The position numbers and the translations under genes are program-made. The notes beneath the pieces are model-generated. The model made no database searches. It saw nothing but the letters and a program-made list of their open reading frames with translations, and was not told the origin of the DNA. From assembly GCF_963921235.1 (NCBI RefSeq), contig NC_086109.1, positions 992,001 through 1,056,000 of the forward strand: a stretch of DNA of 64,000 bases, read 5' to 3'. Positions 9,836 to 22,944 of the stretch are shown piece by piece (positions within the stretch are counted from its first letter, which is position 1; each line of letters starts with the position of its first letter). This DNA comes from Mobula hypostoma. Lineage: Eukaryota.

Positions 9836-11765
9836 AGGATAACAGATTTCCAGGAGTGAGTTACAGGCTGGGATATAATCCAGAAGTTCGGGAATTTACA
9901 TACAAATTATTTGACTGGGATCAAATCATGCATACAGTAGTTAGTACTAGGTTTGAAGCTTGTGTCTGTATAGCGTTTTGTTTTACAATAAGAGATTAGC
10001 TTTAAGTTTAAATGTGAATAAGGAAGGCAAAACTTGTGTTTGTTCAAATGAACTGGAAATGTAGAATCAGTCAAAGAGCTGTGGACTGTCAGTGAAAATC
10101 TGCCTACTTACTCAAATCTGACAATATCCCCATTTATTCTTCCATGTTCCATCGACTTTCTACCCTATCCCCTCCACCCTCCAGCCGAGATTCGCACAGG
10201 GTATCAGCCAATTATCCAACCAATGCTGTACGTACATGTACAGGTGCTGTGAGAAACATTCTTGCAACACCATCATTGGCACATGGCGTCAGCAAAGTTC
10301 CATTCACAATAAAAGCATATGGTCCATATAATGCAAAGTGAACAAAGTGGCATAGTGTTGTCAACTGTAGTGACTGGAATTTTCCTGGTTGGTTCAAGAA
10401 CCAAATGGTTGAAGGCGTGTAACTGTTTCTGAATCTGGTGGTGTGGGACTTCAGGCTGCTGTACCTCCTAAGTAACACATACACCACACACAAAATGTAG
10501 AAGAACTCAGCAGGTCCGGCATCATCTATGGAAATGAATAGATAGTTGACGTTTTAGAACATAGAATAGTACAGCACAGTACAGGCCCCTCGGCCCACAG
10601 TGTTATGCCAACCCTCAAACCCTGCCTCCCATATAAACCCCCCACCTTGAATTCCTCCATATACCTGTCTAGTAGTAGTAGTCTCTCTGCCTCCACCACT
10701 GACTCAGGCAGTGCATTCCACGCACCAACCACTCTCTGAGTGAAAAACCTTCCTCTAATATCCCCCTTGAACTTCCCACCGCTTATCTTAAAGCCATGTC
10801 CTCTTGTATTCAGCAGTGGTGCCCTGGGGAAGAGGTGCTGGCTATCCACTCTATCTATTCCTCTTAAAATCTTGTATACCTCTCTCATGTTTCCTCTCAT
10901 CCTCCTTCTCTCCAAAGAGTAAAGCCCTAGCTACCTTAATCACTGATCATAATCCATACTCTCTCAACCAGGCAGCATCCTGGTAAATCTCCTCTGTACC
11001 CTTTCCAATGCTTCCACATCCTTCCTATAGTGAGGTGACCAGAACTGGACACAGTACTCCAAGTGTGGCCTAACCAGAGTCTTATAGAGCTGCATCATTA
11101 CCTCGCGACTCTTAAACTCTATCCCTCGACTTATGAAAGCTAACACCCCATAAGCTTTCTTAACTACCCTATCTACCCGTGAGGCAACTTTCAGGGATCT
11201 GTGGACATGTACCCCCAGATCCCTCTGCTCCTCCACACTACCAAGTATCCTGCCATTTACTTTGTACTCTGCCTTGGAGTTTGTCCTTCCAAAGTGTACC
11301 ACCTCACACTTCTCCGGGTTGAACTCCGTCTGCCACTTCTCAGCCCACTTCTGCATTCTATCAATGTCTCTCTGTAATCTTCGACAATCCTCTACACTAT
11401 CTGCAACACCACCAACCTTTGTGTTGTCTGTAAACTTGCCAACCCACCCTTCTACCCCCACATCCAGGTCGTTAATAAAAATCATGAAAAGTAGAGGTCC
11501 CAGAACCGATCCTTGTGGGACACCACTAGTCACAACCCTCCAATCCGAAAGTACTCCCTCCACCACGACCCTCTGCCTTCTTCAGGCAAGCCAATTCTGA
11601 ATCCACCTGGCCAAACCTCCCTGGATCCCGTGCCTTCTGACTTTCTGAATAAGCCTACCATGTGGAACCTTGTCAAATGCCTTACTAAGATCCATATAGA
11701 TCACATCCACTGCACTACCCTCATTTATATGCCTGCTCACCTCCTCAAAGAACACTATCAGGCTT

Positions 11766-11899
11766 CACACATCAAAGTTGCTGGTGAACGCAGCAGGCCA
11801 GGCAGCATCTGTAGGAAGAGGTGCAGTCGACGTTTCAGGCCGAGACCCTTCGTCAGGACTAACTGAAGGAAGAGTGAGTAAGGGATTTGAAAGTTGGAT
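11766..11899 (-). mobile_element. 134-bp solo Penelope pseudo-LTR fragment inserted into CR1 ORF2
   Basis: Perfect 12-bp TSD ACTATCAGGCTT at 11754-11765 and 11900-11911; sequence matches the terminal region of the GIY-YIG element at 62581-63827. Confidence 0.88.
11825..11860 (-). ncRNA. Minimal type I hammerhead ribozyme motif (Penelope pLTR)
   Basis: Minus strand reads AGTC-CTGACGA-AGGGTCTCGGCCT-GAAA-CGTC-GACT: stem I AGUC/GACU, conserved CUGANGA and GAAA boxes, stem II hairpin, palindromic ACGU stem III, GUC cleavage triplet. Confidence 0.8.
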
Positions 11900-13294
11900 A
11901 CTATCAGGCTTGTTAGACACGATCTGCCCTTCACAAAGCCATGCTGACTGTCCCTGATCAGACCACGATTCTCTAAATACCCATAGATCCTATCTCTAAG
12001 AATCTTTTCCAATAGCTTTCCCACCACAGACGTAAGACTCATTGGTCTATAATTACCCGGACTATCCCTACTACCTTTTTTGAACAAGGGAACAACATTC
12101 GCCTCCCTCCAATCCTCCGGTACCATTCCCGTGGACAACGAGAACATAAAGATCCTAGCCAGAGGCTCAGCAGTCTCTTCCCTTGCCTCATAGAGGAGCC
12201 TGGGGAATATTCTGTCAGGCCCCAGGGACTTATCTTTCCTAATGTATTTTAATAACTCCAACACCTCCTCTCCCTTAATATCAGCATGCTCCAGAACATC
12301 AACCTCACTCATTTTGTCCTCACCGTCATCAAGTTCCCTCTCATTGGTGAATACCGAAGAGAAGTATTCATTGAGGACCTTGCTCACTTCCACAGCCTCC
12401 AGGCACATCTTCCCACCTTTATCTCTAATCAGTCCTACCTTCACTCCTGTCATCCTTTTGTTCTTCACATAATTGAAGAATGCCTTGGGGTTTTCCTTTA
12501 CCCAAATCGCCAAGGCCTTCTCATGCCCCCTCTTGCTCTTCTCAGCCCCTTCTTAAGCTCCTTTCATATTCCTAAATAGACCCATCTGATCCTTGCTTCC
12601 TAAACCTCATGTATGCTGCCTTCTTCCACCTGACTAGATTTTCACCTCACTTGTCACCCATGGTTCCTTCACCCTACCATTCTTTATCTTCCTCACCGGG
12701 ACAAATTTATCCCTAACATCCTGCAAGAAATCCCTAAACGTCAACCACATGTCCATAGTACATTTCCCTGCAAAAACATCATCCCAATTCACACCCGCAA
12801 TTTCTAGCATTATAGCTTCATAATTTGCCCTTCCCCAATTAAAAATTTTCCTGTCCTCTCTGATTCTATCCTTTTCCATGATAATGCTGAAGGCCAGGGA
12901 GTGGTGGTCACTGTCCACCGTGGGCCGTGAAGTTCCTCCAGCATTTTGTGTGTGTTGCTTTAGATTTCTAGACTTCCTTGTGTTTATCATTCTGTACTTT
13001 CTGCAGAATGCAGCTGCAAGAAGATGGTGTGTTTCAGAAGGTGGTGATCTTTGATAACTGCAGTTGCTTTACTGAGGGGAGAGAAGTGCCCATGATAAAT
13101 TGTGTCAAGTCCTCTATTCTTTGCAACTTAGGGGAACGCAGTTTCAGCAAGAAAGCAAACTCCATACAGCCCCAGAGGTCCGGATCAAATCTGGGTCACT
13201 GGAGTGCTGAGGCAGTGGTACTACCACTCTGTCATGTGGTGGAGTTTCTGTAGTAGAAGCATGTTAACAAAGTGAGCATTGTTCCTTTCAAGGG

Positions 13295-13715
13295 TCAGAA
13301 TCATGTTTATTATCATTAATGTATGTGGTGAAAATTGTTGTTTTGTGGCAGCATTACAATGCAAGGCATAAAATGATTATACATTACAAAAATATGTAAT
13401 ACAAAAAAGGCAAATTGGTGTTCATGGGTTCATGGATCATTCAGAAATCTGATGGCAGAGGAGAAGAACGCTTCTGAATTATTGAGTGTGGGTCTTCAGA
13501 CTCTTGTACCACCTCTCCAATGGCAGTAATGAGAAGAAGACATGTCTTGGATGATGAGGATCTTTAATGACGGATGCTGCCTTCTTGAGGCACTGCCTCT
13601 TGAAGGTGTTCTTGATGGTGGGAGGGTTGTGCCAGCGATGGAGCTGACTGTGTCTACAACTCTCTGCAGCTTTTTGCAATCTTTTGCACTGGAGCCTCCA
13701 TATCATGCTGTGATG
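13295..13715 (-). mobile_element. Old Rex1/L2-type LINE 3' fragment
   Basis: KKAASVIKDPHHPRHVFFSLLP motif (ORF 13479-13718). Confidence 0.7.
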
Positions 13716-13773
13716 CATGTCACTCTGGGGAATGGAGAATAAGATGCATGGATCAGATATTTGGTATCAGGTC

Positions 13774-14608
13774 TGTTACGTACCCTGTAACTGGGTTGCC
13801 AAACCAGCAGAAATGGAACGCTTGTTGGAGTCTGTGATTACTAGGAACTAATAAAACTTTATTAAAGAAATAAGTAATACAGTACTCTGATCGTAAGGAT
13901 ATAAATGTAACAGGTTAGCAATGATAATACACACATATACACCGAACTAGGGTAATAGGAATCAACCAAGCACTATCACAGTCTAGGGGTAAAATGATCA
14001 GTCTTAAGTGAAGCAGAGTTCAGTTCAGTTTAGTGCAGTTTGAAGTAGTCGCTGTTGTTGTACCGTTGGAGAGAGAGAGGGAGAGATGCAATTGGTTTCA
14101 GGCAGACCTTCTGATGTCTTCACAGTTGGTTTCGGGCAGACCTTTTGATGTCTTCTAATCCCACTGTGGTCACCGACTGTGACCCCTCCGTTCCGGATAC
14201 GATTATTCTTCCGCGGTGAACCCAGCACCCAGGCAAGGACGGACACACACCCCAGGTTCCCACCGATCGTACCTTTATACCCTGTGAGTCTCTGTTTGGT
14301 TCCCGTGAACCGGTCCTCCAAAATCCCACCACTTGTGGGGGCACAGTGCTCTTTCCAGGGTCTCGTGGCGTGTCTCGTGCCTTAGCAAACCTGCTCCTTT
14401 TATCCCCCTGCTGGGGTATCACCTGTCAATCAAACTTCAAACAGTTCAGGTTCAAAGCAACCGGTCTGTCAATATCTGAATTGTGTTCCTTTCCTGTTGA
14501 TCTCTCTCTTCTCTCTCATTAGCATTTTGAATGTTTCTCCATTGTCTTCTGTTATCTCTCTCATTAGCATCATCTGTCTGGTAGCTCTGCTTGGCGTCAC
14601 ACATGACA
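13774..14608 (-). mobile_element. Solo LTR (835 bp), probably Gypsy- or ERV-type
   Basis: Termini TGTTA...TGACA; 4-bp TSD GGTC (13770-13773 and 14609-14612). Minus-strand TATA-like GATAAAAG ~14400 and AATAAA ~13860 suggest orientation. No coding region. Confidence 0.75.
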
Positions 14609-15019
14609 GGTCCAACAAAGGATGACTAACATCCTGGAAGAAGTTGAGGATCTGGAATTGGCAGGTGAGGAGAAAATGGGAAATAAGTCTCACTCAATTG
14701 GAAAATATCAAATGTAATTTTTTAATCAAGAATACAGGGAGAGAGAACAGAGGATATAACGGGTCAGTCACCTTAAACCTGTCAGAGTAAATGTTAAAAG
14801 TTACTACAGATGTTCTTAAAAAGTTTGAAGTGATCAGCCCAAGTCAAAGTGGTATTAGAGTCATTGAGTGAAGAGGTAGAGAGGCAAGTTGTTTAACCCA
14901 GATTGTCCATGCTGACAAAGAGCCTGCATAAGGTAGTCTCACCTGCCTACATTTCGTCCATATCCCTATATAACTTCTCTATCCACATACCCATACAAAT
15001 GTCTTTCAAATAATAGTTA

Positions 15020-16590
15020 TATAAAACTACAGCATAGAAACAGGCCCTTCGGCCCAACTAGTCCATGCAGACCATTTAATCTATGTGGTGCCTTTGATCT
15101 GCACCTGCATTATAGCCCTCCATACCCCTACCACCGATGTACCTATCCAAACTTCCCTTCAATGTTGAAATCAAGCTCGCATGCACCACTTGTGCTGGCA
15201 GCTCATTCCATACTCACACCACCATCTAAGTGAAGAAGTTTCCCCTCACTTTCCCCTTAAAATTTTCATCTTCCACCCTTAACCTGTGACCTCGGGTTGT
15301 TTTCCCACCCAACCTCAGTGGGAAAAGGCTGCTTGCATTTACCCTATCTATACCCCTCATAATTTTCTATATCAAATCTCCACTCGATCTTCTATGTTCT
15401 AGGGAATAAATTCTAACCTATTCAATCTTCCCTTGTAACTCAGATCCTCCAGTCCCAGCAACACCCTTGTAAATTTTCTGTGTATTCAATCTTATTTACA
15501 TTTTTCCTGTAGGTTGGTGACCAAAACTGCACACAATACTCCAAATTAGGCCTCACCAACATCTCATACTGCGTCAACATAACATTCCAACTCCTGCATT
15601 CCGTACTTTGATTTATGAGGGCCAACGTGCCAAAAGCTTTCCTTACAATGATATCTACCTGTGACGCCACTTTCAATGAATTATGAACTGGTATTCCCAG
15701 ATCCCTTTGTTCTATTGCACTCCTTAGTTCCCATATCACTGTGTAACGCCTACCCTTGCTGATTCTCCCAAAGGGCTTCACCTGACACTTATCTGCATTA
15801 AGTTTCATCTGACATTTTCAGCCCATTTTTTCCAGCTAATCCAGATCTATACAGCTGCTACAGCTATTTAGGACCCTGGTCAGACCCCACTTTGAGTACT
15901 GTGCTCAGTTCTAGTCACCTCACTACAGGAAAGATGTGAAAACTATAGAAGGGGTGCAGAGGAGATTCACAAGGATGTTTCCTGGATTGGGGAGCTTGCC
16001 TTATGAGAATAGGTTGAGTGAACTTGACCTTTTCTCTGTAGAGTGACAGAGGATGAGAGGTGATCTGATAGAGGTGTATAAGATGATGAGAGTCATTGAC
16101 TGTGTGGATAGTCAGAGGCTTTTTCCCAGGGCTGAAATGGCTATCACGAAAGGGCACAGTTTTAAGGTGCTTGGAAGTAGGTACAGAGGAGATGTCAAGG
16201 GTAAGTTTTTTACGCAGAGTGGTGAGTGCGTGGAATGGGCTGCCGGCGATGGTGGTGGAGGTGGATATGATAGGGTCTTGGAGCTTAGAAAGATAGAGGG
16301 CTATGTGTAACCCTAGGTAATTTCTAAAGTAAGTACATGTTCAGTACAACATTGTGGGCTGAAGGATCTGTATTGCACTGTAGTTTTTCTATGATTCTAT
16401 GTTTCTATCTAGCTGCAAGCTCTGATAGTCTTCCTTGCTGTCCACTACAGTTACAATCTTGGGGTGTCATCCACAAATTTGCTGATCCAGTTAACCACAT
16501 TATCATCCAGGTCATTGATATAGATGGCAAACAACAATGGACCCAGCACTGATCCCTGCGGTACTCCACTAGTCACAGGCCTCCAGATAC
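15020..16590 (-). mobile_element. CR1 fragment (minus) with a nested plus-strand CR1 3' end (~15850-16408)
   Basis: LVRPNLEYCVQFWSPTYRK (minus) and RGDLIEVYKMMR (plus). Confidence 0.8.
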
Positions 16591-16894
16591 TATTGTATCT
16601 CCCTCAACTACTTTCTCTGGAAGTTTGTTCTATATATGCAACATCCTCTGCATAAGGTCCTAGCCTGCCTAATCTCTCCCCATAACTCAGACTTTTCATT
16701 CCTGGCAACATTCTCACAAAGTTTCTTTATATCCTTCCCAACTTAATGGTATTGTTTCTACAACGAAGTGCCCAATACTGTAAATGACATTCCGGGAGCA
16801 GCCTCAACAATTTCTTGTACAACTCCTATACTCAGTGAATTCACTGATGAAGGCCTAACACCATCTCACCATCCTATGATACCACTTTCAGCAA

Positions 16895-19800
16895 CATATA
16901 AGACCATAAGACCATATAACAGAGGAGCAGAATTAGGCCATTCAGCCCATCGAGTCCACTCTGCCATTTATCATGGCTGATCCCGGATCCCATTCAAACC
17001 CATACACCTGCCTTCTCACCATATCCCTTGATGCCCTGACCAATCAGAAATCTATCAACTTCCACTTTAAATATACCCACAGACTTGGCCTCACCAGAGT
17101 CTGTAGCAGAGTATTCCACAGAAACACCACTCTTCCACTAAAATAATTCCTCCTTACTTCTGTTTTAAAAGGTTTCCCCTCAGTTTTCCAGCTGTGCCCT
17201 CTGGTTCTGGATACCCTCAACAGAGGAAACATTCTCTCCACATCCACCCTATCTAGTCCTTTCAACATTCGATAGGTTTCAATGAGATCCCCATGCGTTC
17301 TTCTAAATTCCAATGAGTACAGGCCCAAAGCTGCCAAATGCTCCTCATATGTTAAACCCTTCATTCCCAGAATCATCCTCATGAACCTCCTCTGAACTTT
17401 CTCCGATAACAATACATCCTTTCTGAGATATGGTGACCAAAACTGTTGACGATACCCCAAGTGCGGCCTGACTAGTGTCTTAAAGCTTCAGCATTTTCAC
17501 CTATTCTGTTCCCCTTGAAATAAATGCTGACATTGCATTTGCCTCCTTTACTACAGACTCAACCAGTGACACCTAAGTCCCTTTGTGCCTCTGATGTTTG
17601 AATTTTCTCCCCATTTAGATAATAGTCCACACTATTGTTCCTTTTACCAAAATGCATTATCATACATTTCCCAACACTGTATTCCATCTGCCACTTTTTT
17701 GCCCATTCTTCTAATTTGTCTAAGTCCTGCTGCAATTGCATTGCTTCCTCAGCACTACCTACCTCTCCACCTATTTTTTTCACAAAGCCATCAATTCCTC
17801 TAGCTAAATCATTAATAAATCATGTGAAAAATAGCAGTCTCAATACTGACCCCTGTGGAACACCACTAGTCACTGACAGCCAACCAGAAAAGGCCCCTTT
17901 TATTCCCACTTGCTGCTTCCTGCCTGTCAGCCATTCCTCTATCCATACCGTTATCTTTCCTGTAACATCATAGGATTCTATCTTGTTAGGCAGCCTGTTG
18001 TTTGGCACCTTATCAAATGCCTTCTGAAAATCCAAGTAAATGACATCCACTCCCTGTCCTTTGTCCAAGAGTTCCTTGAAGAACTTGAACAGATTTGTCA
18101 GGCAAAATTTCCTTTGACAGAAGCCATGATGATCTTGATTATTTTATCATTAGTCTCCAAGTACTTCGAAACCTCATCCTTGATAATGGACTCCAACACT
18201 TTCCCAAACACTGAGGTTAGGCTAACTGGCCTATAATTTCCTCTCTTTTGTCTTCCCCCCTTCTTAAAGAGTGGAGCGACATTTGCAATTTTCCAGTCCT
18301 CCGGGACCATGCCAGAATCATTAAAGATCATGAACAATCCATCCCTTATCACTTCAGCAACCTCTCTCTAGACTCTGGGATGTGGTCCATTTGGCCCAGG
18401 TGACTTATCCACTTTAAGACCTTTGAGTTTGCCTCGCACTTTTTCCTTTGTAATAGCAATGGCACTCACTTCTGTTCCCTGACATTCACGGACCTCTGGC
18501 ATACAACCAGTGTCTCCCACAGTAAAGACTGCTGCAAAGTACTTCTAAGTACATCTGCTATATCTTTGTCCCCCATTACTACCTCGTCAACATAATTTTC
18601 AAGTTGTCCAATATCAATTCTCACCTCCCTTTTTTCTTTATGTAACTGTAAAAATTTTTGGTATCCTGCTTTGTATTATCAGCTAGTTTGCCCTCATATT
18701 CTATCTTATCCCTTCTTATGACTTTTTTAGTTGCCTTTGTAAAAACTTCCCAATCATCCAACTTCCCACTCACTTTTACTGCCTTAAATACTCTTTCCTT
18801 GGCTTTTATGCAGTCCTTAACTTTCCTTGTCAGCCATAGTTGCCTATCCCTGCCATTTGAGAACTTCTTCCGTAGGACATATCTATCCTGCACCTTGTGA
18901 ACTATTCCCAGAAACTTCAGCAACCCCTGTTCTGCCATCACCCCTGCCAGTATCCCCCTCCAATCCACCTGGACAAGTTCCTCTCTCATGCCTCTGTAAT
19001 TCCCTTTATTCCATTGTGGTACTGATACATGTGAGTTATGTTTCACTCTCTCAAATTTCAGTATGAATTCAACCATACTGTGATCAGTGGCTCCTAGGGG
19101 TTTCTTTACATTAAGCTCCCTAATAAGATCTTAGTTATTACACAACACCCATCTAATATAGCCTTTCCCTGAGTAGGCTCAAGCACAAGCTGCTCTAAAA
19201 AGCTATCTTGTAGGTATTCAACAGATTTCCTCTTGTGTCTGACACCAACCTGATTTTCCAATTCTCTTGTATATTGAAGACCCCCATTACAATTATGTCA
19301 TTACCCTTATTCCATGCCTTTTCCAGCTCCCTTTGCAATCTCATCCCCACATCTTGGTGACTATTTGGAGGCCTACATATGATTCCCATAATGGTTTCTT
19401 TTTACCCTTGCATTTTCTCAACTCCACCCACAGAGTTTCGACATTCTCTGACCCTATGTCACCTCTTTCTAAAGATATAATTCCATCTCTTACCAACAGA
19501 GCCACACCACCACCTATACCTTTTCGTCTGATCTTTTGATACAAAGTATATTCTTTGCTGTCAAACTCCCAACAATGGTCTTCTTTCAGCCACAACTCAG
19601 TGATGGCCACAACTTCATACTCACCAATCTCCAATTGTGCCATGAGTTCGTCCACCTTATCCCAAATGCTTAAATATTTAAATACAGAACCTTCAGTCTT
19701 ACATTCTTTACCCTTATGAATTTTGCCTCTGTGGTACAACTTAACTCTTTGCTCTGTCTACAGTTGTACTCAATCATTGGCTTGGCCTTCCTTACATTCA

Positions 19801-20620
19801 TATTATATATTACATCATCTATTTGTAAACCTGCTGCCTCATTCTCAGCTCAATCATACTGGTTCCCATCCCCCCGCCATATTAATTTAAACCACTCCCA
19901 GCAGCTCTAGCAAACCTGCCTGTAAGGATATTGGTCCCCCTTGGATTCAAGTGCAACCATCCCTTTTGTACAGGTCACACCTGCCCCAGGAGAGGTCCCG
20001 ATGATCCAGAAATCTGAATCCTTGCCCCCTGCTCCAATTCTTCAGCTATGCATTTATCCGCTATCTCATTCTATTCCTATCCTCACTGTAGCATGGCACA
20101 GGCAGCAATCCTGAGATTACTACCTTTGGGGGAATGTTGACTCTGACCATGAGAGGCCTGCATTGGGCATTTTCATGCCTTACAAGGCGCAGATTGGAAG
20201 TCTGTGTGGGGCGCCACTCCTCGCACAGACTAGAGTAATGTGTGATTAAGTGCCTTGCTCAAGGGCACAAACACGCTGCCACAGCTGAGGCTCGAACTAG
20301 CGACCTTGAGATAATGAGACGAACGCCTTAACCACTTGGCCATATGCCCAACCCTTGAGGTCCTGCTTATCAGCTTCCTTCCTAACTCCCTGTATTCTGT
20401 TTTCAGAACCCCCTCCCTTTTTCTACCGCTGTTATTGGTACCAATATGTACCACGACTTCTGGCTGCTCACCCTCCCTTTTCAGGATATTGTTGATGCTT
20501 TCAGAAACATCACAGACCCCGCACCTGGGAGGCAAACTACTATCTGTGTTTCCTTGTTGTGTCCACTGAATCACCTGTCTGCTTCCCTAACTATAGAGAC
20601 CCTATTACTGCCATTCACTG
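16895..20620 (-). mobile_element. Near full-length decayed CR1 LINE (ORF1 esterase-like remnant, endonuclease and RT remnants)
   Basis: ORF1-like EQPEVVVHIGTNN; EN-like YEVVAITELWL; RT-like [15 protein letters not shown] and SGVPQGSVL; (CTTATGGT)n tail at ~16895-16920. Confidence 0.9.
20132..20349 (-). mobile_element. tRNA-derived SINE inserted into CR1 ORF1
   Basis: Minus-strand head GGGCATATGGCCAAGTGGTTAAGGCG (A box) ... AGTTCGAGCC (B box), then core TGTGCCCTTGAGCAAGGCACTTAA; degenerate TSD ACC(T/C)TTG(G/A)GG. Confidence 0.8.
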
Positions 20621-21186
20621 TATGCCCTGCCTTGGCTTGACTTCACAAATTGGAACACCTTATACGTTACTGGATTTGCCAATCCTCACTTACAAAGCCA
20701 ATCACAATCCATCTGCAATTTTTGAAAACTTTCTTAATTATCAAGATATCATCTGTTTAGTATTGTCCACAAAATTAGTAATTCGTGCTTGTTTGAAGAA
20801 TTATAAGAGATTTTTCAGACATAACTTCCCATGCAGTGTTGTATTGGCTATTCCTAATTAAACGCTGTCTATCCAACTGCTGATAGAAGTTGTCCCTCAG
20901 AATCCCCTCCAGTAACTTCCCTACTACTGATATCAGGGTGACCAGCCTGTAGATCCTGACTTGTTGGTGGTCTTCTTAACTAATTATGTATTAGATATTC
21001 TCCAGTCTTCTGGAATTTCACTTGAGGCAAGAGATGAAGTAAACAGCTCTTCAGTTTCTTCCCTAGCTTCACACACGGTCTGAGGATGTACTCAGTCAGG
21101 CCATGGGGATTTACCTACTCCTTGGTAATTTGTATATGGTCCAAGACATCATTATTCATTTTCACCATTTGCTTAGCATCCATTAA

Positions 21187-21470
21187 CTTTTTTATTTATT
21201 TAGAGACATGGTGCGGAGCAGGTCCTTTGAACTGCACCACACAGCAACCCATCAATTTATCCCCAGCCTAATCACGGAACAATTTACAATGACCAATTAA
21301 ACTACAAACCAGTACATCTTTGACTGTGAGGAAACTGGAGCACCCGGAGGAAACCCACGTGCACACAGGAACAAACATACAAACTTTCTTCCAGAGGATG
21401 CTGGAATTGAACTCCAAACTCTGATGCCCCGAGCTTTAACAGTGTCGCACTAACCGCTACACTACCGTGG
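21187..21470 (-). mobile_element. V-SINE/HE1-like tRNA-derived SINE
   Basis: Minus-strand V-domain-like GGTTTCCTCCGGGTGCTCCAGTTTCCTC..CAGTCAAAGA and an (AAAT)n tail. Confidence 0.75.
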
Positions 21471-22699
21471 GGTCCCACATGTTCTCCACAGTCAATCCTG
21501 ATGAGAAATATTTAATAATAATTCTCCCTCATTCCCTTTGGTTCCATGCACAGCTATGCTGATCCATTGCAAATTTCTGTAGGGGTAAGGTGGAGAGCGG
21601 TACTGTGGCTGCAGCTCCAATGCACAGGACTGTGAGAGGCTGCAGACTGGTGTAGACTCAGCCAGCACCATCACAGGCACAACCCTGGTCACTATCGAGG
21701 ACATTTTTAAGACACGGTGCCCCAAGAGCTGGCATCGATCATCAAGGACACCCACCATCTGACATAGGGTTAGGGTTAACGCTAACCCTAACCCACCATC
21801 TGACATAGCTCTCTTCGCATTTCTCTACAAGAGCCTGAAAACACCCACTCAATAATTCAGAAACAGTTTTTTCCCCTTCACCAAATTTCTGAATGGCCCA
21901 TGAATACTACCTTGTTATTCCTTTACTTTTGAAATTGGTAGATTTTTGTGTCTAGCTTTGTACTGCTGTTACAAAACAACAAATTTCATGTCATCTACAG
22001 TGATAATAATTCTAGTTCTGTTTCTACTGTCTCTCCAGCCATATTTTTAATTTAGCTGTCAAATCGCTTCAGATTTTCTATCACATGGCCTCTTCCTTCC
22101 ATCGTGATTTTTCTCTCAAGTGTACTCCTGTACCTTGTATACAAATCGAGCTGTTTGCTTGTTCTTGACTGTCCGAACTCGATGTCTGCCTCCTTTTTCC
22201 TGACCAGAGCCTCTCATCAGCCACAGTTCCCTGAACCTGTCAGCCTTGCCCTTCACATGCTACCCCTGGACTCCTGAACTCAACACTTTTAAACACCTCC
22301 ACCTTGCCAGTTCTCCCTTTACCAGCAAACAGTCTCACCCAGTCAAATTCTGCAAGATCCTACCTACTTCCTCTGCCCCATTTAAGAATCCCAAATTAGT
22401 CATCTTTCTACATGACTAATTTAAATCTAAGAATTATGGTCAGTGGACCCAAAATACATTCTGACTGATCCTGCCATTTCTTGTCCAGTGTTATGCCCTC
22501 TGATATGTTAATTAAAAAAAAACTATTTTTGGAAGCATTTAACAAATTCCATGCCATTCAAGCCCTCTGCATTGTGTTTAACCCTGTCAATATTAGTGAA
22601 GCTGAAATATCCCACTGATATAACCCTATTATTCTTACAGCTATCGGCACGGTCCCTGCATATGTGCTCCCATCATTCCTGCTGATGACACATGACCAC

Positions 22700-22875
22700 A
22701 ACAGTTAGCATGGTGCTGTTACAGCTCGGGGCATTCAGAGTTCAGAGTTCCATTCTGATGCTGTTCTGTCAGGAGTTTGTCCATCCTCCCTGTGGAATGT
22801 CTGGATTTTCTCCAGGTCCTCTGGTCTCCTCCCACAGTCCAAAGACATACCTGGTGGGTTAATTGGTCATTGTAA
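22700..22875 (+). mobile_element. V-SINE/HE1-like SINE fragment
   Basis: CTCCTCCCACAGTCCAAAGACATACC..GGTTAATTGGTCATTGTAA, same family as 21187-21470. Confidence 0.7.
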
Positions 22876-22944
22876 GTAGTCCCAAAGTTTGGCAAATGGC
22901 TTTCAATCAGGTAAGTGTCAGGTATTGTATTCTGAGAACTCATA

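Larger units (their letters stand above)
10555..12918 (-). mobile_element. Relatively young 5'-truncated CR1 LINE
   Basis: ORFs 11758-12513, 10964-11566 and 10526-10915 with [14 protein letters not shown] and LVRPHLEYCVQFW; TTCTATGTTCT-type tail. Confidence 0.92.

Noticed and set aside
14610..14670. Exon-like stretch ending GCAG|GTGAGG
   Set aside because: No acceptor or partner exons, and the flanks look like highly decayed CR1 ORF2.
20270..20349. tRNA gene
   Set aside because: A and B boxes are present, but the sequence continues into a SINE core and body, sits within a TSD, and lacks a proper acceptor stem.
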